Part shown: positions 9,101-18,400 of the stretch, piece by piece
Layout of the letters: each line of letters opens with the position of its first letter
Numbering within the stretch: position 1 is the stretch's first letter
Assembly: GCA_028867435.1 (NCBI GenBank)
Contig: JAGWGI010000001.1
Location: forward strand, 19,996 to 83,995
Length of the DNA: 64,000 nucleotides
Source of the DNA: Candidatus Micrarchaeota archaeon
GTDB lineage: Archaea; Micrarchaeota; Micrarchaeia; Micrarchaeales; CABMGC01
Reading direction: 5' to 3'
Position numbers and translations under genes: made by a program
Notes under the pieces: model-generated
What the model was told of the DNA's origin: nothing
Database searches by the model: none
What the model saw: only the letters and a program-made list of their open reading frames with translations

Positions 9101-9421
9101 TCACTTCTTTGCAGGCTTTTCCTCCTTGTAGGTTATGGTGTGGTTCTTGACTATCTTTATTATCTGGTCAATTGCCCTTCGTATGTCGGCCTCAGTCTTT
9201 GCCCCAGTGCAGATGATCTTTCCGTTCTTGAAGAGAAGAAGCGCTGCCTTTGGCTCCTTTATCTTGCAGATTGCGCCTGGGAACTGCTCAGGCTCGTAGT
9301 CGATGTCGCTCGAGGCCTTTGCTATTCCGTAGAGATCTAGGTCTATTCCAAGGTCTGCGCTCGCTACTATGTTCTCGACCCTGAATTCCGGGCGCAATAT
9401 GGACTTGCCGTTCTTGGGCAT
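9101..9421 (-). CDS. Single-repeat TATA-binding-protein-like protein (half TBP)
   Basis: 106 aa. RVENIVASADLGIDLDL...DYEPEQFPGAICKIKEPKAALLLFKNGKIICTGAKTEADIRRAIDQII matches one TBP repeat end to end. No second repeat follows; the protein ends in a basic tail, KEEKPAKK. Confidence 0.7.
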   Translation of the reverse strand: MPKNGKSILRPEFRVENIVASADLGIDLDLYGIAKASSDIDYEPEQFPGAICKIKEPKAALLLFKNGKIICTGAKTEADIRRAIDQIIKIVKNHTITYKEEKPAKK

Positions 9422-9507
9422 TTAATCACTTGTATAGATACCATGAAAGCTATTTATATATATTGATGGCTAATTAGAGTGTCTAAAGTTTTTGATAACG
9501 TGAGCAT

Positions 9508-9795
9508 ATGGCACCAAGGTCACACGGTCTATTTATCGGCAGGACAAGGCACCTTGCAAGGCACCATAAGCCCTCAAAGCTGGGCCTTACCACCCTGATA
9601 AAGAACTTCAGCGTAGGCGACAAGGTTGCGATAGTGCCAAAAGGAAGCTTTCGGGACATACCACACCCAAGGTACAGGGGAAGGATAGGCGAAATAATAG
9701 AGAAGAGGGGAGATGCCTACGTGGTTGAGGTGTCTGTCTCAAAATCCACTATAAGAAAGATCATAGTCCCGCAAAGGCATCTGGAAAAACCATAA
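9508..9795 (+). CDS. rpl21e: Ribosomal protein L21e
   Basis: SHGLFIGRTRH...FSVGDKVAIVPKGSFRDIPHPRYRGRIGEIIEKRGDAYVVEV. Confidence 0.9.
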   Translation: MAPRSHGLFIGRTRHLARHHKPSKLGLTTLIKNFSVGDKVAIVPKGSFRDIPHPRYRGRIGEIIEKRGDAYVVEVSVSKSTIRKIIVPQRHLEKP

Positions 9796-9821
9796 TTTGC
9801 TTTGCGTTCGGCAGCTTGTTC

Positions 9822-10445
9822 TTAGGATGGTTTAATCCTCGTTTCTGCAGCTTGGTCAAATTTTTGCCTTGTTATTTGTATTATAGATTCCGTAAGCTGA
9901 TACTCTTTCTTCTTTACGCCTTTGTATATTGCCTGCAGGTCGGCATCGCTTGCCCAGTTATATTTAATATAGGCAATCTGCTTATTGAGCTCATGAATCC
10001 TATCCTTTGCTTCATTAATCTCTGACATGCCAACCAGGCTACCTTTATAGCTGTCGAACATGCAGCCCGAAATTACCGAGCCGCCGCCTACCGCGAAAAC
10101 GCCAACTAGTGTGGCCTCCTCATATCTATGGGTTATTGCCGCCATGATGCCAACTGCAGTCAAGGGAACAAGCATCGGAGTTAGAAGGGCAGGATATAGA
10201 ATCACGTCCGCAGCTGCGCCTGAGATCGTGGAGATTTTTTCCTTCTTTAACACCTTTATGCTCCCCGAAAGGTCCTTTTCTATTCCCCGCCTAATCTGCT
10301 TTAGCATGAATTTTGACAGGCTATACTCTAGGTGCTTGCCCGTAAGGATGCCGGATATTTTTGCCGCGTTATTCGGGGCATGAATTATACGATCGATGTG
10401 GGACTCTAGTATGCTCTTCTGCCTCTCTGTTTGGAGTTGTGGCAT
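9822..10445 (-). CDS. Hypothetical membrane protein (helical N-terminal region, central TM hairpin, C-terminal coiled coil)
   Basis: ORF only. Hydrophobic core ILYPALLTPMLVPLTAVGIMAAI...VGVFAVGGGSVISG. Same architecture as the neighbouring ORF 10532..11134. Confidence 0.45.
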   Translation of the reverse strand: MPQLQTERQKSILESHIDRIIHAPNNAAKISGILTGKHLEYSLSKFMLKQIRRGIEKDLSGSIKVLKKEKISTISGAAADVILYPALLTPMLVPLTAVGIMAAITHRYEEATLVGVFAVGGGSVISGCMFDSYKGSLVGMSEINEAKDRIHELNKQIAYIKYNWASDADLQAIYKGVKKKEYQLTESIIQITRQKFDQAAETRIKPS

Positions 10446-10531
10446 ATAACCACAGATACTATGATTTTCCGCCTTTAAATACGTGATTCATGACTTCGTT
10501 TCAGCGGGAAATTTTACGAGAATTAGTGGCT

Positions 10532-11134
10532 TTATTCCCTTTCCAGCTTTCTCCTTGCGGCGTTGATTATCCGGTCGAGGATCTCCTTGTCCTTTTGAAT
10601 TATTCCGTTTATCACCGCTTGCGATTCGATGTCTTTTTGCCAGCGTTGCTCAACTTGGCTTATTTTTGCCTTTACTCCTTTGAGAGAAACGGTGAGCTCG
10701 GTTATTATTCCGTACTGGCTTACTGGGCGGGTTTTTGCCATTGTAATCAGAAATACGGTCCCGCTGGCGGCTATGCCAGCGACGTCATAGATCAGAAGCC
10801 CGTGAACCTGCAGGTTTGATAGGGCTTCAACCAGAAGCGCCAAGGGGCCTAATGATAGCAATCCGAAAGGCAGCGAGAGCTTTGCTATCGCGATTGACTT
10901 TGTCTCTGAGAGCTTCTTCTCTTCCCTCTTGATTTCTTTGAGCTCCCTGAGAAGGTCGTTTTTTATGTGCTTGACTATGTGGTTGCCCAGACGCTTTTGC
11001 ACAGCATTGTAGCTTTTTCTGCCGCCTTTTGATAACAGCGCCTCTATCTCGGAGGCGTGCTCAGGCATTGATAGTATTTCCTCTACTTTGATCCTTATTA
11101 TCCCTCCTATCTTCTCCTTGCTTGCATGCCTCAT
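10532..11134 (-). CDS. Hypothetical membrane protein, architectural paralog of 9822..10445
   Basis: ORF only. Hydrophobic core LSLPFGLLSLGPLALLVEAL...IYDVAGIAASGTVFLI, flanked by charged helical segments. Confidence 0.45.
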   Translation of the reverse strand: MRHASKEKIGGIIRIKVEEILSMPEHASEIEALLSKGGRKSYNAVQKRLGNHIVKHIKNDLLRELKEIKREEKKLSETKSIAIAKLSLPFGLLSLGPLALLVEALSNLQVHGLLIYDVAGIAASGTVFLITMAKTRPVSQYGIITELTVSLKGVKAKISQVEQRWQKDIESQAVINGIIQKDKEILDRIINAARRKLERE

Positions 11135-11247
11135 TCTAACGTTAACGACTTGGATTTCAGATTTTAAATAACTGATTCAGGATTTGTTTAGGATTAGATT
11201 TCGGGAATACTGCTTCGATAGAAGATTTAATAGTTTAACAGTTAAAC

Positions 11248-11493
11248 ATGGAAGAATTAGTAAAGATGTCAAGTAAGGGGCAGTTGGTCGTACCAAATAT
11301 TATTAGGAAGAGGGAGAGATTCAAGGCGAATGACAGGTTCGTTGCGTTTGAGATATACGGGGGCGTGGTATTCAAAAGGGTTGCAATACCAAAGTTCAAA
11401 ATGGATGTTAAGCTGCAGATTATCAAAAGCGATGAGGACATAAAGAATGGCAGAGTAAAGAAGGCAAGGGAGTTCCTTAAGGAACTAGGCTAA
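11248..11493 (+). CDS. AbrB/SpoVT/MazE-type small DNA-binding protein (antitoxin-like)
   Basis: MSSKGQLVVPNIIRKRERFKANDRF is a SpoVT-AbrB looped-hinge motif. The real start may be the ATG at 11266. Confidence 0.6.
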   Translation: MEELVKMSSKGQLVVPNIIRKRERFKANDRFVAFEIYGGVVFKRVAIPKFKMDVKLQIIKSDEDIKNGRVKKAREFLKELG

Positions 11494-11746
11494 TAGAGCC
11501 GAATGGCCTCATCTTTTGCAGTATGGCTTTTGGGATGACGCGCTTGCTGCGATCGTCTATTTCATACGATACTCTAAATGGCCCAACTCTTAACTGCCAG
11601 AGATTGGAGCCTGCCACCCAGCGGCTTTCCGATTTGTGGATTTTCCCAAATTCTTTTTTATCGACTTTAGCCACTGCTTTCTTTCCCTGTGCCTTTTTTT
11701 CAAAGGTCTTCTGGAAAGATTCTGTAACGTATACAGTATAGCCCAT
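11477..11746 (-). CDS. RelE/ParE-family toxin-like protein
   Basis: YTVYVTESFQKTFEK...LWQLRVGPFRVSYEIDDRSKRV. Its 3' end overlaps the convergent AbrB-type gene by 17 nt. Confidence 0.6.
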   Translation of the reverse strand: MGYTVYVTESFQKTFEKKAQGKKAVAKVDKKEFGKIHKSESRWVAGSNLWQLRVGPFRVSYEIDDRSKRVIPKAILQKMRPFGSISLVP

Positions 11747-11809
11747 GAGTCAACTTTGGATTGCAGGCATAAAAACGGTTCGAAATTTTTAGTAAAATTT
11801 CGGATGGTT

Positions 11810-12388
11810 TTAGAAGTGGGGCTTGCCATAAGGCCTTGTGAGCAGATAGAACCTGCTCTCCCCCTTTAGCTCAACTATTATCCTATCTGTTAGAAGCTTG
11901 ATCGGGTCCTGGAGCAGAGGCACCCTCTGCGAGATATCTGCAAAGCTCTCAAATGGCTTCTCTTCCCTTGCCTTGATTATTGCCTGCAAATGCTTCTTGC
12001 CTATGCCAGGAAGCAGCTCTAGCGCGTGCTCCCTTATGTTTATTGGGCCAGCCTTGTTGAATGCGTCCACGAACTTCTGCTCGTTCCTTCCTATGATCTC
12101 TGGAATCAGGTGCTGCAGCTCATTCCTCGAGCCTTCTGTAATCTCTGAGTAGTTGAGCCTTGAGCGTATGAGCGCTATCTTATCCCGATCGCCCTTGCCT
12201 ATGTAAACCCTATCGCCAACCTTGAGCTCTGCACCAGGCTTTGGCACTGCCTCAAGAAGCGTAAACTTGTTTTCCCCGAGGAGCACTGTTACAGGCTCGC
12301 TCTTTGCAGAGCCGGACTTGCCAGTAGGCAGATAGTCGAGGACTACTGCATATTCCTCGAGTTCTTCCTTTCTCTCAAATTCCGGCAT
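11810..12388 (-). CDS. DUF655/COG1491-type nucleic-acid-binding protein (OB-like N-terminus plus helix-hairpin-helix)
   Basis: EYAVVLDYLPTGKSG...VTVLLGENKFTLLEA and the HhH segment LELLPGIGKKHLQAIIKAREEKPFESFADI. Start set at the ATG at 12388, because the track start at 12490 overlaps rpoF. Confidence 0.75.
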   Translation of the reverse strand: MPEFERKEELEEYAVVLDYLPTGKSGSAKSEPVTVLLGENKFTLLEAVPKPGAELKVGDRVYIGKGDRDKIALIRSRLNYSEITEGSRNELQHLIPEIIGRNEQKFVDAFNKAGPINIREHALELLPGIGKKHLQAIIKAREEKPFESFADISQRVPLLQDPIKLLTDRIIVELKGESRFYLLTRPYGKPHF

Positions 12389-12416
12389 ATATACATCCCA
12401 TACCCTGGTCTTAGGC

Positions 12417-12755
12417 CTACTTCCCCCTGTACTTCCCAACAGCCTCGAAAGCCTTCTTGACAACCTCGTCTTCAATGGGATTCTTCTCAATAAGCAGTAC
12501 GTTCCTGAGCTGGACCTCTGTTACTGGGAGGATCTCGGAGATCTTTGTAGAGGTCTTCTTGCTTATCCCCAGCTCCTCTAGCTCCTCTGAGAGCTTGTTT
12601 GCCTTCTCCACACTGAGCACTGTGAACTTCTTTGCGTGGTCATAGGCTATCTGTTGTTCGTATCCCAGCTCGCCCGCCTTCTTGCGCTCTTCGAGAATCT
12701 CCAAGGTTTCGGAGAGTGAGATTGGCCTGCTTTGCGTTACTTCCTTTCCTATCAT
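12417..12755 (-). CDS. rpoF: DNA-directed RNA polymerase subunit Rpo4/F
   Basis: 112 aa. ISLSETLEILEERKKAGELGYEQQIAYDHAKKF...ISEILPVTEVQLRNVL. Sits upstream of the DUF655 gene, as in many archaea. Confidence 0.8.
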   Translation of the reverse strand: MIGKEVTQSRPISLSETLEILEERKKAGELGYEQQIAYDHAKKFTVLSVEKANKLSEELEELGISKKTSTKISEILPVTEVQLRNVLLIEKNPIEDEVVKKAFEAVGKYRGK

Positions 12756-12839
12756 TGCTACACCTTAGGATACTTTAGTAAAAGCAATTATTAAAGCTTT
12801 GCGTGACATTCTATAACTGACGCTATTGACGGTGGAAAC

Positions 12840-13745
12840 GTGGATGCAAAGGAGGCCTACGAGCATATTCTCTTAGAGATGAGAAAGCACATATCAGGCA
12901 AGAGCGAGACCATAGAGCTGCTCTTCATTGCTGTGCTTGCAAACGGCCATGCGCTGCTTGAGGGAGTGCCGGGAGTGGCCAAGACCACGATGACCAAGGC
13001 GCTTGCCTCGACCATAGAGGCTGACTTCAAGAGGATCCAGGGAACCCCTGACCTTGAGCCAAAGGACATAGTGGGCTACACATACATAGACGAGGCTAAC
13101 TCCCTGACTTTTAAGAAAGGGCCGATATTCACCAACATACTCTTAATAGACGAGCTCAACAGGGCGCCGCCAAAGACCATGAGTGCGCTTCTTGAGACCC
13201 TTGAGGAGAGGCAGGTCACCGCAGGCGGTGCTGACATGTCGCTACCAAAGCCCTTCACTGCTTTTGCAACCCAAAACCCACTGAGAATTGAGGGTACAGA
13301 GACTCTGCCCAAGGTGCTCGCCGACAGGTTCATAATGAAGATAGACGTTGATTATCCCAGCATGGAAGAGGAGGAGGCGATGCTAAGGATAAAGGAGAAA
13401 GAGGAGAAGAACCCTGTGAATAAGGTGATAGGGATAAATGAGATACTAGAGTTCCAGGGCCAGGCAAGACAGGTAGCCATGCCAGATGATGTGGCCAGGT
13501 ACATAACAAAAATCGTAGCGGCAACAAGAACCGACATCCACGTGGTAATGGGTGCAAGCCCAAGGGCTGACATAGCTCTGATGCAGTGCGCCAAGGCAAA
13601 GGCTCTTGTAGAGGGCAGAAATGCAACAAACATAGATGACATAAAGTTTCTGGCAAAGCCAGTTCTCAGCCACAGGATCTCAGTGAGATCTACCGGAGGG
13701 GTAGGGGTTAGAGGTATAATAGACGGGCTTGTGGCCACGCTCTAA
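12840..13745 (+). CDS. MoxR-family AAA+ ATPase
   Basis: LLEGVPGVAKTTMTKALA (Walker A), LLIDELNRAPPKTMSALLETLEERQVT (Walker B and sensor), FATQNPLRIEGTETLPKVLADRF. GTG start. Confidence 0.85.
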   Translation: MDAKEAYEHILLEMRKHISGKSETIELLFIAVLANGHALLEGVPGVAKTTMTKALASTIEADFKRIQGTPDLEPKDIVGYTYIDEANSLTFKKGPIFTNILLIDELNRAPPKTMSALLETLEERQVTAGGADMSLPKPFTAFATQNPLRIEGTETLPKVLADRFIMKIDVDYPSMEEEEAMLRIKEKEEKNPVNKVIGINEILEFQGQARQVAMPDDVARYITKIVAATRTDIHVVMGASPRADIALMQCAKAKALVEGRNATNIDDIKFLAKPVLSHRISVRSTGGVGVRGIIDGLVATL

Positions 13746-13755
13746 AGCTTTTGGG

Positions 13756-15396
13756 TTAGGAAACGCTGACATGCACGTAATCTACTGCGCTGTTCCCGAA
13801 GCCGTCAACCGCATCTATTGAGATCGTGTAGTTTCCTGGCTGCGAGTATGCGTGGGTGCAAGACAACTCGCACTGCTGCAGATTTGAAGTTGTAGGGGCG
13901 TTGGGATCGCCCCATGCGATTGTGGTTTGCTGCGCATTAATCTGCGCCTTCTGGCCGAATGTATTGACTGCATTTGCCCAGATGTTGCCGCTCAGGCTAA
14001 CTGTGGAGTTGCTCATGCTGGCAGTGACTGCTATAGAGGGCTTGGCAAAGTATCCGGTTAGATTGGAAGTGGATGATGAACCATTTACCAGAGTGGTGGG
14101 GTAGAGTGATTGCTGATTCGTGTTCCCGAAGCTGTCTACAGCATGCACGGTTATTGTGTAGGTTCCGGCTTTGGAATAGGCATGGCTGCACTGGGTCTCG
14201 CACTGCGCCATTGTCGAGTTTGTGAGGTTGTTTGGGTCGCCCCAGTAAATGGTGGTCTGCTGGGTGTCGATGCTGGCCAAGGCGCCGCTTGAATCCACTG
14301 CATTGGCCCAGATATTCCCGTTTATGGAGACTGTGTCGCCTGAAACGCTTGCGTTAACATCTATCGATGGCTTTGCACCGTTTTGTGAGAGGACGGAGTT
14401 GGAACCTACAGTAACCTGGATCTGCTTTAAGCTGCTATCGCCGAAACTGTCTAGTGCGGAGATGGTTATGGTGTAGTTTCCTGTCTGTGCGTAGGAATGG
14501 GAGCAGTACGAATCGCATTGGGCAAGGGTGGAATCTGTGGAATTTTGCGGATCTCCCCAGGAGATTGTGGTCGCCTGATTGTTCATTGTTGCCTTGACCC
14601 CCTGCGAATTTACCGCACTGGCATAGATGCTGCCGTTTAGGGCCACAAGATTTGCGGCAACCTGATAGCTGAGATGTATTGTAGGAGGGGCAGAACTGCT
14701 AGAGAAGTTGCTCACCAAGACATGCAGTGACTTTGCACTGCTATAGTTTAGGCTATCAATTGCAAATATCTCTATCTGGTAGTTGCCTGCTTGGGAGTAC
14801 ACGTGAGCGCAGTACGAATAGCATTGGGAGAGGGTGGTGTTGGTGCTGTTGCTTTGGTCTCCCCATGAGATATGACTCGCCTTCGCATTCATTGTGGCGG
14901 GCACGCCGTTGGGGCCAATAGATCTTGCGAAGATGTTTCCATCTATGCTTACAAAGGTTCCAGAAACATTTGTGCTCACCTGTATAGCTGGAGGCGTGGA
15001 ACTACCCGATGAGGTGTTCTGGGATAGAATGGAGATGTTTATGTACTCGTGATTGATGTTGCCGAGGCTATCTACCGCGTCTATGAATATTGTGTAGTTG
15101 CCCGGCTGGGGATAAGTGTGCCCGCAGTAGGCCTCGCACTGCTCAAGCGTGGTGACTGTTACATTGTTAGGGTCGCCCCAGGAGATGGTGGTGTCCTGCA
15201 AATTCATCGATGCTGCCGCACCTGTGGCATTTACTGCGGTTGCATAGATGTTCCCACTAAGGCTCACCGTGTCAGCTGAAAGGCTTGTGCTGACAGTTAT
15301 TGCTGGTGGGGAGTTGCTCGCTGCGAAAGCTGCTGGAACTAGAAGCAAGAACGAAAGTAAAAATGCCAGCCTTTTGATGTTCGATGCATTCATCAA
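13756..15396 (-). CDS. Secreted protein with 5 PKD-like repeats
   Basis: Signal peptide MMNASNIKRLAFLLSFLLLVPAAFA. Five modules of the form ...T(I/H)(S/Y/A)WGD(P/Q)xN...QC(E/D/Y)x(Y/Q/S)C(G/A/S/T)H(T/V/S/A)Y(P/S/A)(Q/K)(P/A/T)G(N/T)Y(T/Q)I...D(S/G)(L/F)(G/N). Confidence 0.75.
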   Translation of the reverse strand: MMNASNIKRLAFLLSFLLLVPAAFAASNSPPAITVSTSLSADTVSLSGNIYATAVNATGAAASMNLQDTTISWGDPNNVTVTTLEQCEAYCGHTYPQPGNYTIFIDAVDSLGNINHEYINISILSQNTSSGSSTPPAIQVSTNVSGTFVSIDGNIFARSIGPNGVPATMNAKASHISWGDQSNSTNTTLSQCYSYCAHVYSQAGNYQIEIFAIDSLNYSSAKSLHVLVSNFSSSSAPPTIHLSYQVAANLVALNGSIYASAVNSQGVKATMNNQATTISWGDPQNSTDSTLAQCDSYCSHSYAQTGNYTITISALDSFGDSSLKQIQVTVGSNSVLSQNGAKPSIDVNASVSGDTVSINGNIWANAVDSSGALASIDTQQTTIYWGDPNNLTNSTMAQCETQCSHAYSKAGTYTITVHAVDSFGNTNQQSLYPTTLVNGSSSTSNLTGYFAKPSIAVTASMSNSTVSLSGNIWANAVNTFGQKAQINAQQTTIAWGDPNAPTTSNLQQCELSCTHAYSQPGNYTISIDAVDGFGNSAVDYVHVSVS

Positions 15397-15429
15397 CCAA
15401 ACCTAAATCAACCAAACTTAAATCCAACT

Positions 15430-18400
15430 TTAACCGGGAACACTTACTTGCAGGTACTGCTGGTTCGTGTTTCCAAGGTTGTCCACTGCTTCCACGGTAA
15501 TAGTGTAGTTGCCAGCCTGAGAGTAGGTGTGGCTGCACGATCCTGATTCGCATACTGCAAGAGTCATGGCAGTTAGGTTATTTGGATCTCCCCAGTATAT
15601 CTTGGTTCCCTGGGTGTTCATGACCGCACTCGCCCCGCCCTGACTTACTGCAGTTGCATAAATGTTCCCGCCCAGAGAAACAGTATATCCTGACGTGGCT
15701 GCACTAACCTGTACCACAGGAGCCGCGTTAGGGTTTCCGGAAACTGTAGTCGTAGAAGTGGTGTTTGCTTGGGAGGAAGAAGAGGCGGTAATGTATACGT
15801 TAATGTACTTCTGTGCCGTGTTTCCAAAGTTGTCAACCGCCTCCACTGTTATAGTATACGACCCAGGCTGGGAGTAGTAGTGTCCGCAGTATGAGTAGCA
15901 CTGGGTCAAGGTGGTGGCGGTTAGGTTGTTCTCATCGCCCCAGTAGACCTTTGTGTTCTGGCTGTTGATTGAAGCAGACGTTCCGTTGTATCCGACTGCA
16001 TTTGCCCAGATGTTGCCGCCCAATTGCGCCATCTGACCAGAGGTGCTGGTCACACTCACCTGTATCGAGGGCTGGGCGTTAGGATTTGCATTGGCAAAGG
16101 TGGTGTTTGAGGAGGATCCAGAGGAGGTGGATACGTTTGGCACTCGCACAGATAGGAACTGCTGTTGCGTGTTGTTGAAGCTGTCTATTGCTTCTATGGT
16201 TATGGTGTAGGCACCTGATTGCGAATAATAGTGGCTGCAGTATGTGGCGCACTGGGCCATTGTTGTGGTTGATAGGTTGTTTGGGTCGCCCCAGTAGATC
16301 TTGGTGCCCTGTGTGTTCATCACTGCGTCAGTTCCGGATTGCGTTGAAGCCGAGGCATAGATGTTGCCGCTAAGGCTCACGAGATATCCTATCGTGCTTG
16401 TAGAAATGACTATTATCGGCTTGGAAGTCGCATTGTAGTAAGTGCTATTGGCAGATGCGCATGGAAGAAACGGGTTGCCGCATCCCGGCACGGATCCAGA
16501 GTTGCCAGAAGTGCTAGATGAGGCTGAAGAGGATACAGTAACAGTAAGCTCATTCTGAGCGGTGTTGCGAAGGCTGTCTATCGCCTCTATTGTTATGATG
16601 TAGGTGCCTGATTGCAAGTAGGTGTGTCCGCAGTATGTAGCGCACTGGGCCATTGTTGTTGTGCTCAGGTTGTTTGGGTCATCCCAGTATATCCTCGTGC
16701 CTTGGGTGTTCATCACTGCATTCTGGCCGTTGGTACCTACGGCATTGGAGTAGATGCTGCCATTTAGAGTCACGGTGGCTCCAGATACATTTGCGGCAAC
16801 GGAAATTGTCGGTGGAAGCGTTGGGTTTGGAATCGAGCCCTGGCTTCCTGAGGTGGTGCTGCCAGAACTATTAGAGGGGATCGTAATTGGTATTGGCTTT
16901 TGGGCGGTGTTGCCTAGATTGTCTAATGCCACAATGGTTATGATATAGTTGCCTGGCTGCGAGTACTGGTGTCCGCAGTATGTGGCGCACTGGGCCATTG
17001 TTGTTGTGCTCAGGTTGCTTGGATCGCCCCATGAAACCTTGGTCTCCTGTGTGTTCATAACCGCTGGTGTTCCGCTGCTGCTTACCGCCTTTGCATAGAT
17101 ACTGCCGTTGAGCTGCACCACGTTTCCAGTGAATGCCGCGGTTACCTCTATTACAGGAGGAGCAGTAGGGCTGGTCTGGGATGAAGAAGATGCGGTGCTT
17201 CCGCTAGAAGAGCTTGATGGTACCGTTGCCTGAAGCGATGCGTAGTTCTTGTTGCCGAAGCTGTCTACTGCAACTATCCCTATAGTATATGTTCCCTTTG
17301 AGGAATATGTGTGGTTGCAGGAACCTGCTTCACACTCTTGTAGTGTGGTAGTTGTGAGGTTGTTGTGGTCTCCCCAGGAGATTATGGTGTTCTGTGTGTC
17401 CATTGTGGCCTTGCCGCTTATTTTCTGTGCGTTGGCGTAGATGTTGCCATTTAGGGATACGGTATAGCCTGTTGTGCTTGTAGTAACCGAGATTGTGGGA
17501 ACTGAAGAGGGGCCGGTGGTAGCACTGGTGCCTGAACTTGAGTTTGTGCTTGAGGAGCCACCAGAAGTGCTGCCAGAGTTTGATGGAACCATGACATGGT
17601 AGATGTACTGGTTAGAGTCGCCCGCATTGTCAGTTGCAGTGACAGTGAGGTTATATATGCCAGCAGACTGCGGGTAGGTGTGAGTGAAGTGCGCAGGACA
17701 GCTATAGCTAGATGTGCTGGGCAGCGTGGCATTCACCCCATATCCTGATTGGACCTGCATGGTATAGGTATCGTATCCTGCAATTTTCTGATCTCCCCAT
17801 GACCACTGTATCAGTTGGAGCTGCGCGCCGACTGCGTTTGTGTAGATGCTGCAGGTAAATGCTGCTGTGTATCCGCTTATGCTTGCCCCCACATTCATTG
17901 TGACTCTTGAGCTGTTTGGATTCGTTGGGCCATTTGGTACTGTAGTTGAATAAGAGCCGACCTGCGCTGTCATCGATGCCACGTTTGTGTTTCCTGCGGT
18001 ATCTATGGCGGCTATGGAGATTGTGAAGTTGCCGGGAAGTGGATAGGTGTGGCTGCATGCACTGCGCTCGCACTGGTAGAAGGTCTCAGGAGTGCTGTTG
18101 GACGTGTCGCCCCAGTAGATGAACGTGTGGTTAGCTGCTATTGCGGCCTTCTGCCCCTTCTGAGGTCCGTACTGCAGCAGTGCATTGGTGTAGATCTCAC
18201 CATTGAGCGTGACTGTCTGGCCGCTTATGGCAGGAGTAACCTGAATGATCGGGTTTGTTGAGGATGGCGCTGTTGTCGATCCTGTCGATGTACAAGAACC
18301 TGAAGCGCCCTGAGGCACTGTTATTGGCAGAGTAACGCTGTTCCTGTTGCCTTTGTTGTCCACCCCAATTACCCTGACATTAAATGTACCCTGGCTGCTG

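Noticed and set aside
9031-9140. Similarity between the TBP-like C-terminus (HTITYKEEKPAKK) and the RT N-terminus (HTYKEQEKKTARR). At the DNA level this is cacacc...tacaaggag versus cacacttacaaggaac.
   Set aside because: Only about 14 matching nucleotides in Lys/Glu-rich low-complexity sequence, in different frames relative to each other. That is too short to distinguish from chance. It is recorded only as a possible microhomology at a rearrangement junction.
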